Of a stretch of 32,000 nt of DNA, positions 21,401-32,000 are shown piece after piece. The notes under the pieces were generated by a model, which was not told the DNA's origin, ran no database searches, and was given only the letters and a program-made list of their open reading frames with translations. The position numbers and the translations under genes are program-made. Source of the stretch: Zygophlyctis sp. KS116 (lineage: Eukaryota; Fungi; Chytridiomycota); the NCBI GenBank assembly GCA_054661495.1, contig BAAFSQ010000099.1, positions 1 through 32,000 on the forward strand, written 5' to 3'. Numbering within the stretch: position 1 is the stretch's first letter; each line of letters begins with the position of its first letter.

Positions 21401-22897
21401 TTAGATCAACAATGGTGAGTCCAACCCTCCAAAACCTGCTGCTACTCCTCCTTCCTTGCTGCTGACACTCTTTGTTCTTAGCAAATGCCCACATGCTTCA
21501 TTCATGTGGACAATCTGGCCATCAGTTACAAATACCCCATATATTCCCAACTCTGAAATAACAGGACCTTCGTGATAGATTCCTTTTCTAACAATAATAT
21601 TCTGAAAAGATGGAGGAGAAATAAGATCCATTAAAATATAAGCATTTCTTTCACTAGGCTTTAGAGATTCGATAAATTTTGGAATATCTTCTCCGTAAAT
21701 ATTATTTCCACCACTTTTTAATAAGATAAACTGAAATACCCTTCTCTTTGAGGTTTCATAACATATCCTCCAGGATTCTTTAGGACTGCAGCTAATGCGG
21801 CCTTTCCAGCTTCAGAATCATCAAGAGGATAAAGTCCAGTAAAAACATTATATATTGAATCAACATGTTCTTGATTAGATAAAAACCTAGGATTAAATAG
21901 AAATATGATACCTTGAAAGAACCCCAGGAAGAGATAAAACTTGTTGTATTTTCTTTGTACCGGCTAAATGATATTCAATTGGTGGACATTTAACAGCCCA
22001 TGAATTTTCAATCAATCTTCTTGCTTCCCATTGCTACAATGTGAAAATTCAAAAAATACATTTGAGCTCGGATAATCATTTGGAGTATATCCTGCTCTAA
22101 AATAAACTATCGCCACTTCCACATCTTTATAAAACAACCGCTGTTTTCCCCCCTTCAACTTTCCAAAAATGAAAACATCCTCCAGGGTAGCCCTTTCCAC
22201 CCGTATTCCATTTCTATTGTTAACAATTTAAAAGAAATAACCTTTTATAGAGTAAATATTCAATCTGCCGTTGGTCAAAAATATTTCCTTCGCCATTTTG
22301 CACAATAAAAAGAACAATTGCGCTTTTGACTCCGTAAAGTTCCCAAGCTTTTGAGATTCCTAATGCTGGTGCATTCTTAGAATCATTTTCAGGCAATTGG
22401 TCTAATTTAACATCAGCAAAATAGCATGTTTTAAACGCCATAAATCTGTGCAATTCAGACACCGAGCTTGAGAGACTTGAAAATCCAGATGAAATAGTAT
22501 TAAACTCGATCTGCTTTAATGCTGTTTCTTTTCCTTTAGAGTCTATCATATAATCTGATCTGTGGATCGCCAATCTAATTGGCTGTTTATTTTCACGGCC
22601 TTGAAGCAGCTCCATCAAGTTACTAGTAAAGTGATCCTGATTGCAAGTAGCATCTAGTGATTCCATAATAAATTTAGAGTCTTGAGACACATATTCAACT
22701 AATGAATTGAATATGGGCTGTATTCGCAATGCCTCTTTGAACCATTCGGCTGGAAAAGGAGTGGGAAACAAAGTGTGGGGGACAATCGTTAGCTCATTTG
22801 GTCTCATTAATATTCCATGCGCAGGACAAAAGTCTGCTGATTCCTTTTTCAAGATATCATATTCTGCAACAGATAATACTGGCGGGAAACTATTCAT
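21401..22897 (-). CDS. GSH2: Eukaryotic glutathione synthetase
   Basis: [62 protein letters not shown] and [13 protein letters not shown]. Four micro-introns. Confidence 0.95.
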
Positions 22898-22931
22898 TCT
22901 GAATCTTCAAACTAACTATAAGATTTAAAAT

Positions 22932-25900
22932 TCATACTATAATCAGTTTGCGTTTCTTAGCAATCACCAACGATTCTTCCGGAAGTTGATCGTCCTCAAA
23001 CACTAGCCCCTTTGTAGTTCCAGAATCCCACCCTGATCCGTTTGACTCAACCTGAGAGTCTCTTCCATATTCTTGAACTTTTTCGGTACCAATTTCATGT
23101 TCATCAACGTTATGAGACTCTACAGTGGTTTCAATATGTACTGTATTGGAATCTGGGGCATCGGCCGGTAACGCAGGTAAACGAGATGAAGAGTTTACCA
23201 CTGAGATTAATCCGCTATTAATAGCATCCCATTTCTTCCTACGTTCCGCTTCAGCAGCGAAAAACACTTCATCCATGTCATTATCATCATCACTATCCAT
23301 GATAAACTAGGATAAGAAATAAGTAAAACTACCTGTTCGGACGAATATTTTTTAGGCTCTTTGGGTATAGATTCACCATTTCTTTCCTTTCCTTTTTTAG
23401 ATTTTGGGGCATCGTTTTTCAACCCAGACAAAAAAATTGAAACATAATCAAGCAGATCATTGGCTGATAAAGAAGTCGGGATCGCCCAGATAGCCTCAAG
23501 ATTTCTTGTCAATTTCATGATTGTAAATAAATTCTCAATATCCGAATCATCTTGTAATAGTTCCACGTGGTAGTCTTCATCGCCTTCAATTTCTGAAATA
23601 TATTAAATTAAACAAACTACCTGCAATGGAAAATTCTTCTTCGGGAATAGATTGTCTTTTACTTGATTCTGCTTTAATTTTCTTTCTTTAAAAACGTCAT
23701 ATTACCTCCAGTATCCATCTAACCATCCCAGTCTTACCGCTTCGGCGAAGCTTCCTTACAATATTACAAATGTGCTCGGATAAAGTGAGCCTTAAAATTA
23801 TAAAAAATAAGTTACTCTTTTCCCACCACCACTTCTGTGCTTTCAGCCTAGCTGTTGGATGAAAAATAATCATACCGCAGATTTGATATTTTCATCTCCA
23901 TATTGGATCCTGCGACAGTCCGATCTTGTTTTGCTGTAAAGCAAATCCAGGATCAGTAAATAATTTTCACTTGACAATTTAAAATATCTTCGAATAATAT
24001 GTTTGATAAAAGTTAAAAGCTCCTTGTGAGCAGTAGTTTTGGGAAGCCTAGGACCTGCCTTCATAATTCTGGAGAATAATTCAAACACAGAAAGCTGAAA
24101 ATTATACATCTAGCATCTTACTTTGAAAAATAGTGCTTCGCAACTGCATTTGACATAGATACGATGAAACATGACCGTGATGTGCCATATAGAAAACTCG
24201 GAGAGCGTTAGAAAATTTTGCAATAATTTACAATAGCATCCAACTACAGATTCATAAGCAAATGACTAATTATTAGTTTAGCAGCTTACACTTTCAATTG
24301 AGCTGAATTGAAACTTTCTTTCTACAATCTTTTGCGAAACCGTATCTTCGTCTTCATAGTCGTCTTCAACTGCTGGCTCATTTTCGGGATCATCTTCATT
24401 CTGACTAGTGGATTTTTTAGCCGCCTTTCGCCTTTTTCTAATTAAAAAAGCTTCTTTCGAGGTAGAAAAACGTTCTAACATATCAAGCAAATTATGCGTC
24501 GCCTCAAACAGAGTTTCCATGTATCTAGCGGTGTTATTTTATAATAATTTATACCCAATACTATGTGTTTTATGATCTTTACTCAGACTAACAATCACTT
24601 TAAAATCAGCTAAATTATCTCACAGTCGATGTTATGCGCCTCGTAAAACAGCTGATGCTTCATCAATTCTGCAATATCCAAAACTTCCTTCTCTTGCGAG
24701 TTACCCATTAGATCTAAAATCAGAATCTAGAAAATTGTAATGAAGAATTTACCATTTCATTAAAACATGCAAGACTCAACTGCAGTTCAGTAAATTTCTT
24801 TTTTTAAATATCTTACTCAAATTACCTTATCTTCCAAATATGTATTTATCCATTTTAATACAAAATTGAAACCTCGAACATTCATAATTCCAGCGACACA
24901 ACTAAAATCCAACGTGGTCTCTTCATTTTTTTCAATTGCAGCCTTTTTGTCATCCTAAATATAATAAATTTACCTTGATAAAACTTCTGTAAAATTCTAA
25001 CATAAATCGAATAAGCCAAAAAAATTTCATATAGTCCGACTCTTTGCCTTTTTTACTATCAATGTCAAATTCACGTTTTGTCGATAGAACGAGAGCTATT
25101 TTTGTATGAGAATATTTTGATTACTATTAAATGAATTCTCGAGAAAAGAGACTGCAAGCTCTCTAAATACAATTTTCGAATCTTTATCTTTGATCATCTT
25201 GATTTTTGAGTATTCAATGCTCTACAATTAATTTAAGATTGATAAACCTCTTTAATTACACTCTTAAATCCTCCCTGACGAGCTGTAGCCTTATCTCTAT
25301 TAAGTGCTTCATCAAGAGAAGTAAGAGCTGTTACTGGATTATTTACATTGAACCTTTTTCCATTCTAATTTTAGTCAGTTCAGTCATTACACCAAGCGTC
25401 AAAGAGATTGTTCCACCAAATCTAGGATGTCTTGTAGAAACTTTAGTTTGAGATTTTAAAGTGTGTTCGATTTTCTTTTCCGGAATAAACTTTGTCTATC
25501 TTTAGGAATCATCAAATTCTACCTGATCGGACAAGATATCATCAACATCCCTATCAATAAAAATATAATAAAATATTTCTTGGACTATGAAATTCCAATC
25601 AGAATAAGGCCTATCCAATGCTGATCCTGCCAAAGATAAAAAAAGAGGAAATAATTCTGCTTTATGTAGTTCATTAACCAGTTGCTCTTGCAAATTTGAT
25701 CTCCACTCTTGCTCGGTTGAATTGTGTAAAGAAGTACTTGAATCTTTAATTGAAAGAAAATTTCTAAACAGTAGAAGAATCAAACGAATCCTAGAATGGT
25801 CACGTTCAGTCCGCTCCCTATTGTGTTAATTTTGTTAAATTTTGTGCTTGTATAATACTACTTACATTGGATGAATCGCTAATAATGACAATGCGAATGC

Positions 25901-26309
25901 TTTAATCTGTTCCAGTACTCCCGGGGCCAATATCGCATCTTTATAACCTCGCAAAGAATCAATCTGTCCAGCATAATCTGTAGATTCCTTATCAGCAGGC
26001 CATGTCAAAGGCACCATTAATTCAACTATTTTGAGAAAATTAAAACTTACTGACCAATGATTGTACTTTACGGTCTTGCGTTAAAAGCAATGGTATTAAA
26101 TCCTTTTGCAAGACTTTCCAGGCTCCTAATTGCCTAAATGAGAATTTCGAACTTGTAACATCATCAGCTCTTAGCAGTTTTTTCAAATCTCTTAAACAGT
26201 CAATAGCCTCATCGCCCGGCACATAAATTCTTTTAAATCCATCCTGAGTCTCTCTATCCTCAAAGCCTCCTAAAGCAGAGACTATAGAAAGTAAATGATC
26301 TGCACTCAT
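22932..26309 (-). CDS. TOF1: Replication fork protection protein Tof1/Swi1/Timeless
   Basis: SALGG...YVPGDEAIDCLRDLKK, DLIPLL, ELMVPLTWP, LFRNFLSI, STRHPRFGG, MFHRI..K...ALFFKLS and FIMDSDD. I traced 18 introns. Confidence 0.92.
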
Positions 26310-26330
26310 TAATAAAGCGGACTTATCACC

Positions 26331-27368
26331 CTAAATTTTTATATTCAAAGACTTTGAGTCAAAGAGATAGACTGATTCATGATTAGCATCAAAATGAAAT
26401 TCTGTATAGCAATTGAGACACCAAAAGCATGGAGACTTTGGAGCGTAAAAATCATTCCAAGTGACCTTTACTGGCAGATTTAATTCGCAAACATCGCAAA
26501 TTAACAAGTTCGGACGACTTTTAAAAGTACATCTGATTGTGTTTACATCATCTGATATCCTAGATCTAACCTGTTTTATATATAATACATGTTCACATCC
26601 TCCTGCATGAGCATAGAGATATGGATAATTTAATTGAATTTCTAAATCTAAAAATCTTGTTTTTTGCATACTAGATTTTCCAAATGATTTATCATGAGCC
26701 CATGAAATAATAGATCTAATCATTAGGAATATAACATACTGTGATAAATCTTGATCAACCGTACAATCATTATAAAAGATGTTTTCAAAGAAAAAGAAAC
26801 TACCTTTAGATTCTCGATCTTCAATGGTTATATTCTTGCAAGGGCAGTCGAATTCATGAGCTAAATCAGCCAATGTAAAGTTTGCAGGTACAACAAAAGT
26901 AGCCATATGTGTGTATTTTAGAGTTGTGGTTGGTTCCATAAAAGTAATTTCCAGATAAACTCCAGAATTGGTTTCTTCAGTTTCTTCATTTACTTGGCTT
27001 CCTTGATCTACAGCCTCCTTTTGAATTGCTGATTTATTGAAATTTACAGACTGTGATCGCAAGATAACAGACTCTTTACTTTCTGGCTTAAGAGATTCTA
27101 GAGTTGAGTTTTGCTGAATGATTTCTGTAAAAGCCTTTGAAGACTCTGGGAGACCAAAAGATTGCAGGCCGTTTTCACTCTTGCAAACTTCTTTGAGCAC
27201 AGTCTCCTCCAGTGAGCATTTAAAGGGATTGTCTTGACTGGGCGATCCATCCGACTCATTAGTAGGTACAGCAGTGCATAAATTATCAGATGCAGCATTG
27301 GATGCTATTGCAGATATTTGCATTTGGAATTCAGAGATTGAAATCATTACAAATTTTAATCGTTTCAT
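26331..27368 (-). CDS. SNAPC3: snRNA-activating complex subunit 3 (SNAP50)
   Basis: TLADL...DCP, SFFFFENIFYND, LNYPYLYAHAGGCEH and C-terminal zf-SNAP50_C CDVC...PCFWCLNCY.EFHF. Probable in-frame 24-nt intron near 26716-26739. The start could be 27368 or 27347. Confidence 0.88.
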   Translation of the reverse strand: MKRLKFVMISISEFQMQISAIASNAASDNLCTAVPTNESDGSPSQDNPFKCSLEETVLKEVCKSENGLQSFGLPESSKAFTEIIQQNSTLESLKPESKESVILRSQSVNFNKSAIQKEAVDQGSQVNEETEETNSGVYLEITFMEPTTTLKYTHMATFVVPANFTLADLAHEFDCPCKNITIEDRESKGSFFFFENIFYNDCTVDQDLSQYVIFLMIRSIISWAHDKSFGKSSMQKTRFLDLEIQLNYPYLYAHAGGCEHVLYIKQVRSRISDDVNTIRCTFKSRPNLLICDVCELNLPVKVTWNDFYAPKSPCFWCLNCYTEFHFDANHESVYLFDSKSLNIKI

Positions 27369-27407
27369 TTGCTACATAATTCCCGATATTCGGACATTTA
27401 GATTGTT

Positions 27408-29889
27408 ATGGATGATCATGACTGGAAAGATTGGAGTACAGAGCCTTCGACTGTTAAATTAGAAAACTCTGATGTTCATTCGAATTGGAGCTCAGAATTG
27501 GTAATGATATCGCCTTAATTATTAGGATTTTGATTCTAAAATGACTGATCAGATTAAAGAAATGATGGACGATCTTAATAGGCATTTGTACTGTGGTAAA
27601 CACATAATTCTTATTCTAGAATCATCAATGAACAAGATTAGTACGAATTTAATGGATGAATGTGGAGATTGGGCCCTGCAATTCAAGTATTTACGAGTTT
27701 GTGGAATTCAAAAGAAAGAAGTCAAGGAGTTAGGATATGATTTTATAGATTATAATGCAGTAAATATGGGGCATTCACCTTATTTATATTATCCATTGGC
27801 TCGGGATTTAGGATTAGAAGCAAGAGGATTTCAGTTGAGTGAAGAAGCGTTTTGTGCTCAAAGAGAAAGCGCAAAAGTAAAAGACGATAATAACACAAAC
27901 ACACATACTCCAAGTATTCATGAAGATTTAAAAGTAATTATGGATCAAGTTTATCCCGAGCATGATATCTGGTAAGTTGATAAATTCTAAATTTAGGCTG
28001 GTAGTATCTTTTTATTATGAAAATCAAAACGCATTATCTGAAGAGAGATGTCGGACTCCAACGCTAAATGACCCAAAAGTACATGGAGAATTTATTCAAG
28101 CTGAAAGACTTAAATTATTAGAAAGTAGAAATGATGGGCTATCTGGAATTCAAGAATATCTATCAAAAACATTGGAACCTTCTAAATTACAATTTGTTAT
28201 ACTTTTTTTAAATCCTACTGAAAGAGAAGAAAACTTAAATATGCATTTCATATCCTGGAATAACTATGTTCAAGTTGAAACATTAGGCGCAGGACAGCAA
28301 CTTCAATTTTTTAGAGAGTCAATTACTTCATATTTTAATATAATCGATCTGGATCAATATTTCCCAAGGGTAATTTAAAATTATCTTATTTTTAGCTTCC
28401 AATTAATTTATTTTATAATACCTACAATCGGATCAATGAATTTTTGGAAATCACAGAAGCGAATTTAAGATCTTGTGCATGTTTTTATCAAAGGAAAATA
28501 TCACAGGAACGTCAAAATAACGATGAAATTATCCTGGATAGTGATGGCTGCATTGATGAATGGCTAGCGTTTGATAATGGGTAATTATCAAATTCTCTAA
28601 TTTTAGAAAAGATGAATTTCACGAAATTATCAAACGAAAAAGGAAAAAAAGCGTCGAACAATTTTCTCCCAACATTAGTATTTTAGAAGATGCGATAAAT
28701 CTTATCTTGGACGATTTTTGGCTCGAAGTATGTTGATAAAATCTTATTTTTAGATTCCCGCAAAGCTGGAGAAACTGTTGACAAAATTACTGAATTTACA
28801 AAATCAACGAAGAAGAAAAACTAATAGCTCTGTCTCTGGATCATCTATGAGAGACTTGAAAGGATCCGAGTATTCGGAACAGCAAGATACATCTATATTA
28901 GATACATTGGAGATTGATGACCTTATTCGAGCTCCTAATTTATTAAATGTTATGACTATAAGATCTATTCCTCTGCAAAAAAGAGATGCGCGTTTTAAAA
29001 TTGGGTAAGATTGTTTGTATCGCATAATTTTAAAAGAGCTCTGGAAGCAATGGGTGCCGATAATTTTAACCAGTCACATTTTAACATGAAGCGCACAAAT
29101 GTTTCAAAGGGTATCAATCCTCGGCCAAATACAGGGAAACAGATTGAGCAGCAGTTTAATATTAGGATTGGAAGTGCCTTTGGTCATAGAGGCACTGTAT
29201 CCAAAAGGTTTGCTTTCTTTCGATAATCTTTCAGAAATAATGCGAGTCTTCGTTTGATGCCTTTACCAATAGGACCTTACAGCCACAACCATACTCAGGT
29301 CTCTCTGAATCATAGTTTGAAAGAAATCTTAATCGGAACACGGTAAAGTCGAAAAAATATTATTAATAAATAAGCATAGGAAATCGAAATACTGGAATTC
29401 CTAGCTGGTAAATTTAAAAGCTAATATCGTAGGGATACAAAGTCACAAATACCGAAACCTCTACCTCCAATTAAATCCATTCTCTTGCAAGAGTTTACGA
29501 ATGAATCATCGAAGGTTTGAAAAATTTCAAATAATCTATTACAGCCATTTAATCATCGACATGTTGCCTTTGATGAAAGCGTCCAAATTGAATCAAAACA
29601 CGCACCATATGATGATAGACCACTATCTGCAAAGTAATTTAATTGCTCTTAATTTCATAGACGGCAACCATCTGCGGGTATCAGCAAAAACGTCAGCCAA
29701 GTGATACTATCTCGTCCTCACACAGCAATGGATGACGCCTTGAGGGTAATTTAAGAATAATGATTAAATGCTTAGCGATCAATGGGCCGTTTATCTAAAT
29801 CATCCTTCAAAGAAGAGTCTTCTAATCTCAATCCAGTCCTAGGAATGAAAGCTTTCATTAGTAAAACATATAGGCGAAAGCAAGTATAA
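27408..29889 (+). CDS. Large hypothetical protein (13 exons) with disordered basic C-terminus
   Basis: Twelve GT-AG micro-introns (e.g. 27501-27525, 27972-27996, 28370-28395, 28581-28606, 28728-28753, 29005-29036, 29208-29234, 29343-29374, 29408-29432) join a single frame from MDDHDW to RRKQV*. No recognised domain; contains RPLSA and RPHTA motifs. Confidence 0.7.
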
Positions 29890-30415
29890 CAATATCTTTA
29901 ATTATGCATCAAAATCACATACATTATCAGATAACATAATCAATTCATTTGAATCAAATATTCAACGTTTAATAATTTGTTATTTTTAAATTATTCTTAG
30001 TTAGATATTTTGGTACCATAATAGTTTCTGCTGCATTCACATGATTTCTATTGGCATCAAGTCGTGGAGATATTCTAGCAAAGCTTATAGACATTGATAA
30101 CAGCAAATGTTCACATTCAGAATCTTCCTTTATATGAATAGTTTGAAAGAATCAACGAAACTTATTGAATATTATACCTAGTTTGATAATCAAACTATAA
30201 TAAAATCAAACTTTGATTGATAAGACCATATGCTGAAGGTAAAGTGTGAATTCTTGGAAATTTTTGAAGCCTATCAAGGATATGAGATGTTTTTTGGATG
30301 GTGTAGAATTTTGTTCTTTGAGATTTTTATATGTTGGATTGGTGTTTAATTTGGCATTAATAAGCTCAATAGTGCTATTGTATAGTTTCGATGAGATTTT
30401 CTAACCCTAAAAAAA

Positions 30416-30900
30416 CATATCCAGGACGTGCTCTTTTCTGCTATTTCAGACAAGCTTTCAGCCTCACAGATTAAACTGAAACGTCGATTCAACTTCCACT
30501 ATCCTACCGCCACTAATCCGTTTCCAGTTGGCTCTTATATTATGCGCCTTGATCCAACGAAAAAGACTTCTCTTCAACCGTCTTATGAAGGTCCGTTCAA
30601 AGTGCTCAAACGATCCTCCGGTGGTGCTTACTTACCACAAGATCTTCCTCGGAACTTGCCTACTTCTCAGCTCAAGATCATTTCTTACCATGCTGATCCT
30701 TCGGAGCAATCCTTTGAAGTTCTCTCGATTCTATCATCGCGGTTCCACACAAGACCGAAAATACTTGGCCAAATGGAAGCATGGGTATCCCGACACCTGG
30801 ATCCATCATGCCAAGTTCAATGACCTGGACATCATCCGTAAATACTGGGCACGCCGGAGGGTGATGTTACAGAATAGCAAATTTTACGTTTCATCTTATG
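30416..30900 (+). mobile_element. Ty3/Gypsy chromovirus 3' remnant (integrase GPY/F motif, chromodomain, PPT, start of LTR)
   Basis: LQPSYEGPFKVL, then a frameshifted chromodomain FEVLSIL.../YLAKWKHGYPDTW...FNDLDIIRKYW. A purine tract GGAGGGTGA precedes TGTTAC at 30865. Confidence 0.85.
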
Positions 30901-31034
30901 TTTCATATCTGGACATAAATAGCGGCTATGATATGTTTCATAGTATTTTACTCCCGAATATATTCAATCTCAATTGAATCACTTCCCTTTTCTGATCTTT
31001 CTTTTATACCTAGAAGGATTTTGTGAGTCTACTT

Positions 31035-31229
31035 TCATTGATTATTTTCTTGATTGTCCCAGAATCCTGCACATATCTTATTGGATTCTTTTTTCAAGCT
31101 ACCATCTGTCCATATTTCTAATTCTGTTGTGTCTTCTGGGATTTTACAAATTTCCACTTGTTCTACCTGTATGTATATAGGAATTCTGTAATTAAATTGT
31201 TGAGTGAAATCGTCTTGGCAGTTACCCAT
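31035..31229 (-). mobile_element. RNase H fragment of a retroelement
   Basis: LEIWTDGS...CAG matches the RNase HI first catalytic motif (I.TDGS) seen in non-LTR elements. Truncated. Confidence 0.55.
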
Positions 31230-31785
31230 TTTTTTTCAACCTTACTTGAATGCCGACAACAATCCTGATTTTGTGCCAATCTTCACCGAAACTTCACCGA
31301 AATGAATGAAATCATTCGACAATTTTTGGTAACTTCGCCTCAAGAACGAATTCAACTTCATTGCTTGGTGTCTATCGCAAAAGTAAATTTTTTTCGGGAA
31401 CGGAAACATCAACCGGCCATTTAGACCCTACCAAGTCAATGACTTCCTCAATTGGCAAGAAGTGCAGTCCCTGTTCAAAGCGTTTTGCTCAAGATGTGTG
31501 GTCTCTGGCTTAAATGGGCGGGACTTTATGTTGTCACTGGACAGGAAAATTGACACATCGGGCCGGTATAATTGGACTGACATCAATCCGATGCTATAGT
31601 CTATCAATGCTGCCAAATCATCTTTTCTTTTTGCTTTTGAAAGCGATGCAGACTTACAAAATAACCGCAAACTATTAAACTTTTTAATTCATGAGAGATC
31701 CATAGTATTGGAATCACTCATATCTTGAAAAATTCCATTTTCCGATAATTCAATACCGTTTTTCAGATTAAAATTTAGATAGCAT

Positions 31786-31828
31786 GCCGCTCACTTGTCA
31801 GAAGTTAGCCAGCCGTTCACTTGTCAGA
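31786..31828 (+). repeat. 17-nt direct repeat pair GCCG(C/T)TCACTTGTCAGA
   Basis: Copies at 31786-31802 and 31812-31828 with one mismatch. Possibly a TE subterminal repeat. Confidence 0.6.
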
Positions 31829-32000
31829 CGTAAGGCTGTAACGCAAGCGATAAGAAACGCTGCAGCATCTCAAACAGAACAATGGGACGAAAAAGTCCAT
31901 AAACTTTAATATAAGAAAAATGTGAGCAAGGACTTATGTATCTGCCCAATCCAAGACTACATAAGACGGCCCCCAAACATGCAACTAAGTTTGCAAGTCA

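Noticed and set aside
30395-30420. Telomerase RNA template (CTAACCCTAA)
   Set aside because: It is immediately followed by retrotransposon coding sequence, with no visible pseudoknot.
31230-32000. ORF 31428-31670 and surrounding sequence as a gene
   Set aside because: No recognisable motifs and multiple stops in neighbouring frames. Probably degraded repeat sequence that I cannot classify.

Overview
Eukaryotic, AT-rich, extremely compact genomic DNA. Gene content suggests an early-diverging fungus, chytrid-like; this is an inference and the taxon cannot be confirmed from the sequence. The core from 3447 to 29889 holds 19 tightly packed protein-coding genes. I traced about 70 GT-AG introns by hand, almost all 23-32 nt, and these fragment the supplied ORF track. 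Genes in order: Tra2-like RRM, SEC62, importin-4/KAP123, VPS55, NUG1/GNL3, THG1, coiled-coil protein, RAD4/XPC, MHF2/CENP-X, MIOS/SEA4, DUF5092-like, CINP-like, XRCC3/RAD57, PSMG1/PAC1-like, ERG26, GSH2, TOF1, SNAPC3 and a large unknown protein. MHF2/CENP-X is absent from the ORF track and overlaps RAD4 head-to-head. The only 100-nt intron, in NUG1, carries a box C/D snoRNA. Both flanks (1-3400 and about 30400-32000) are mosaics of decayed transposons: LINE RT, Helitron, hAT, chromovirus and RNase H fragments. Main highlights are the hidden overlapping MHF2/RAD4 pair, stop-codon overlaps, 6-34 bp tandem spacers suggesting overlapping or polycistronic transcription, a minimal intronic snoRNA, and a local concentration of genome-maintenance genes. 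All homology calls come from recalled motifs, not from searches.
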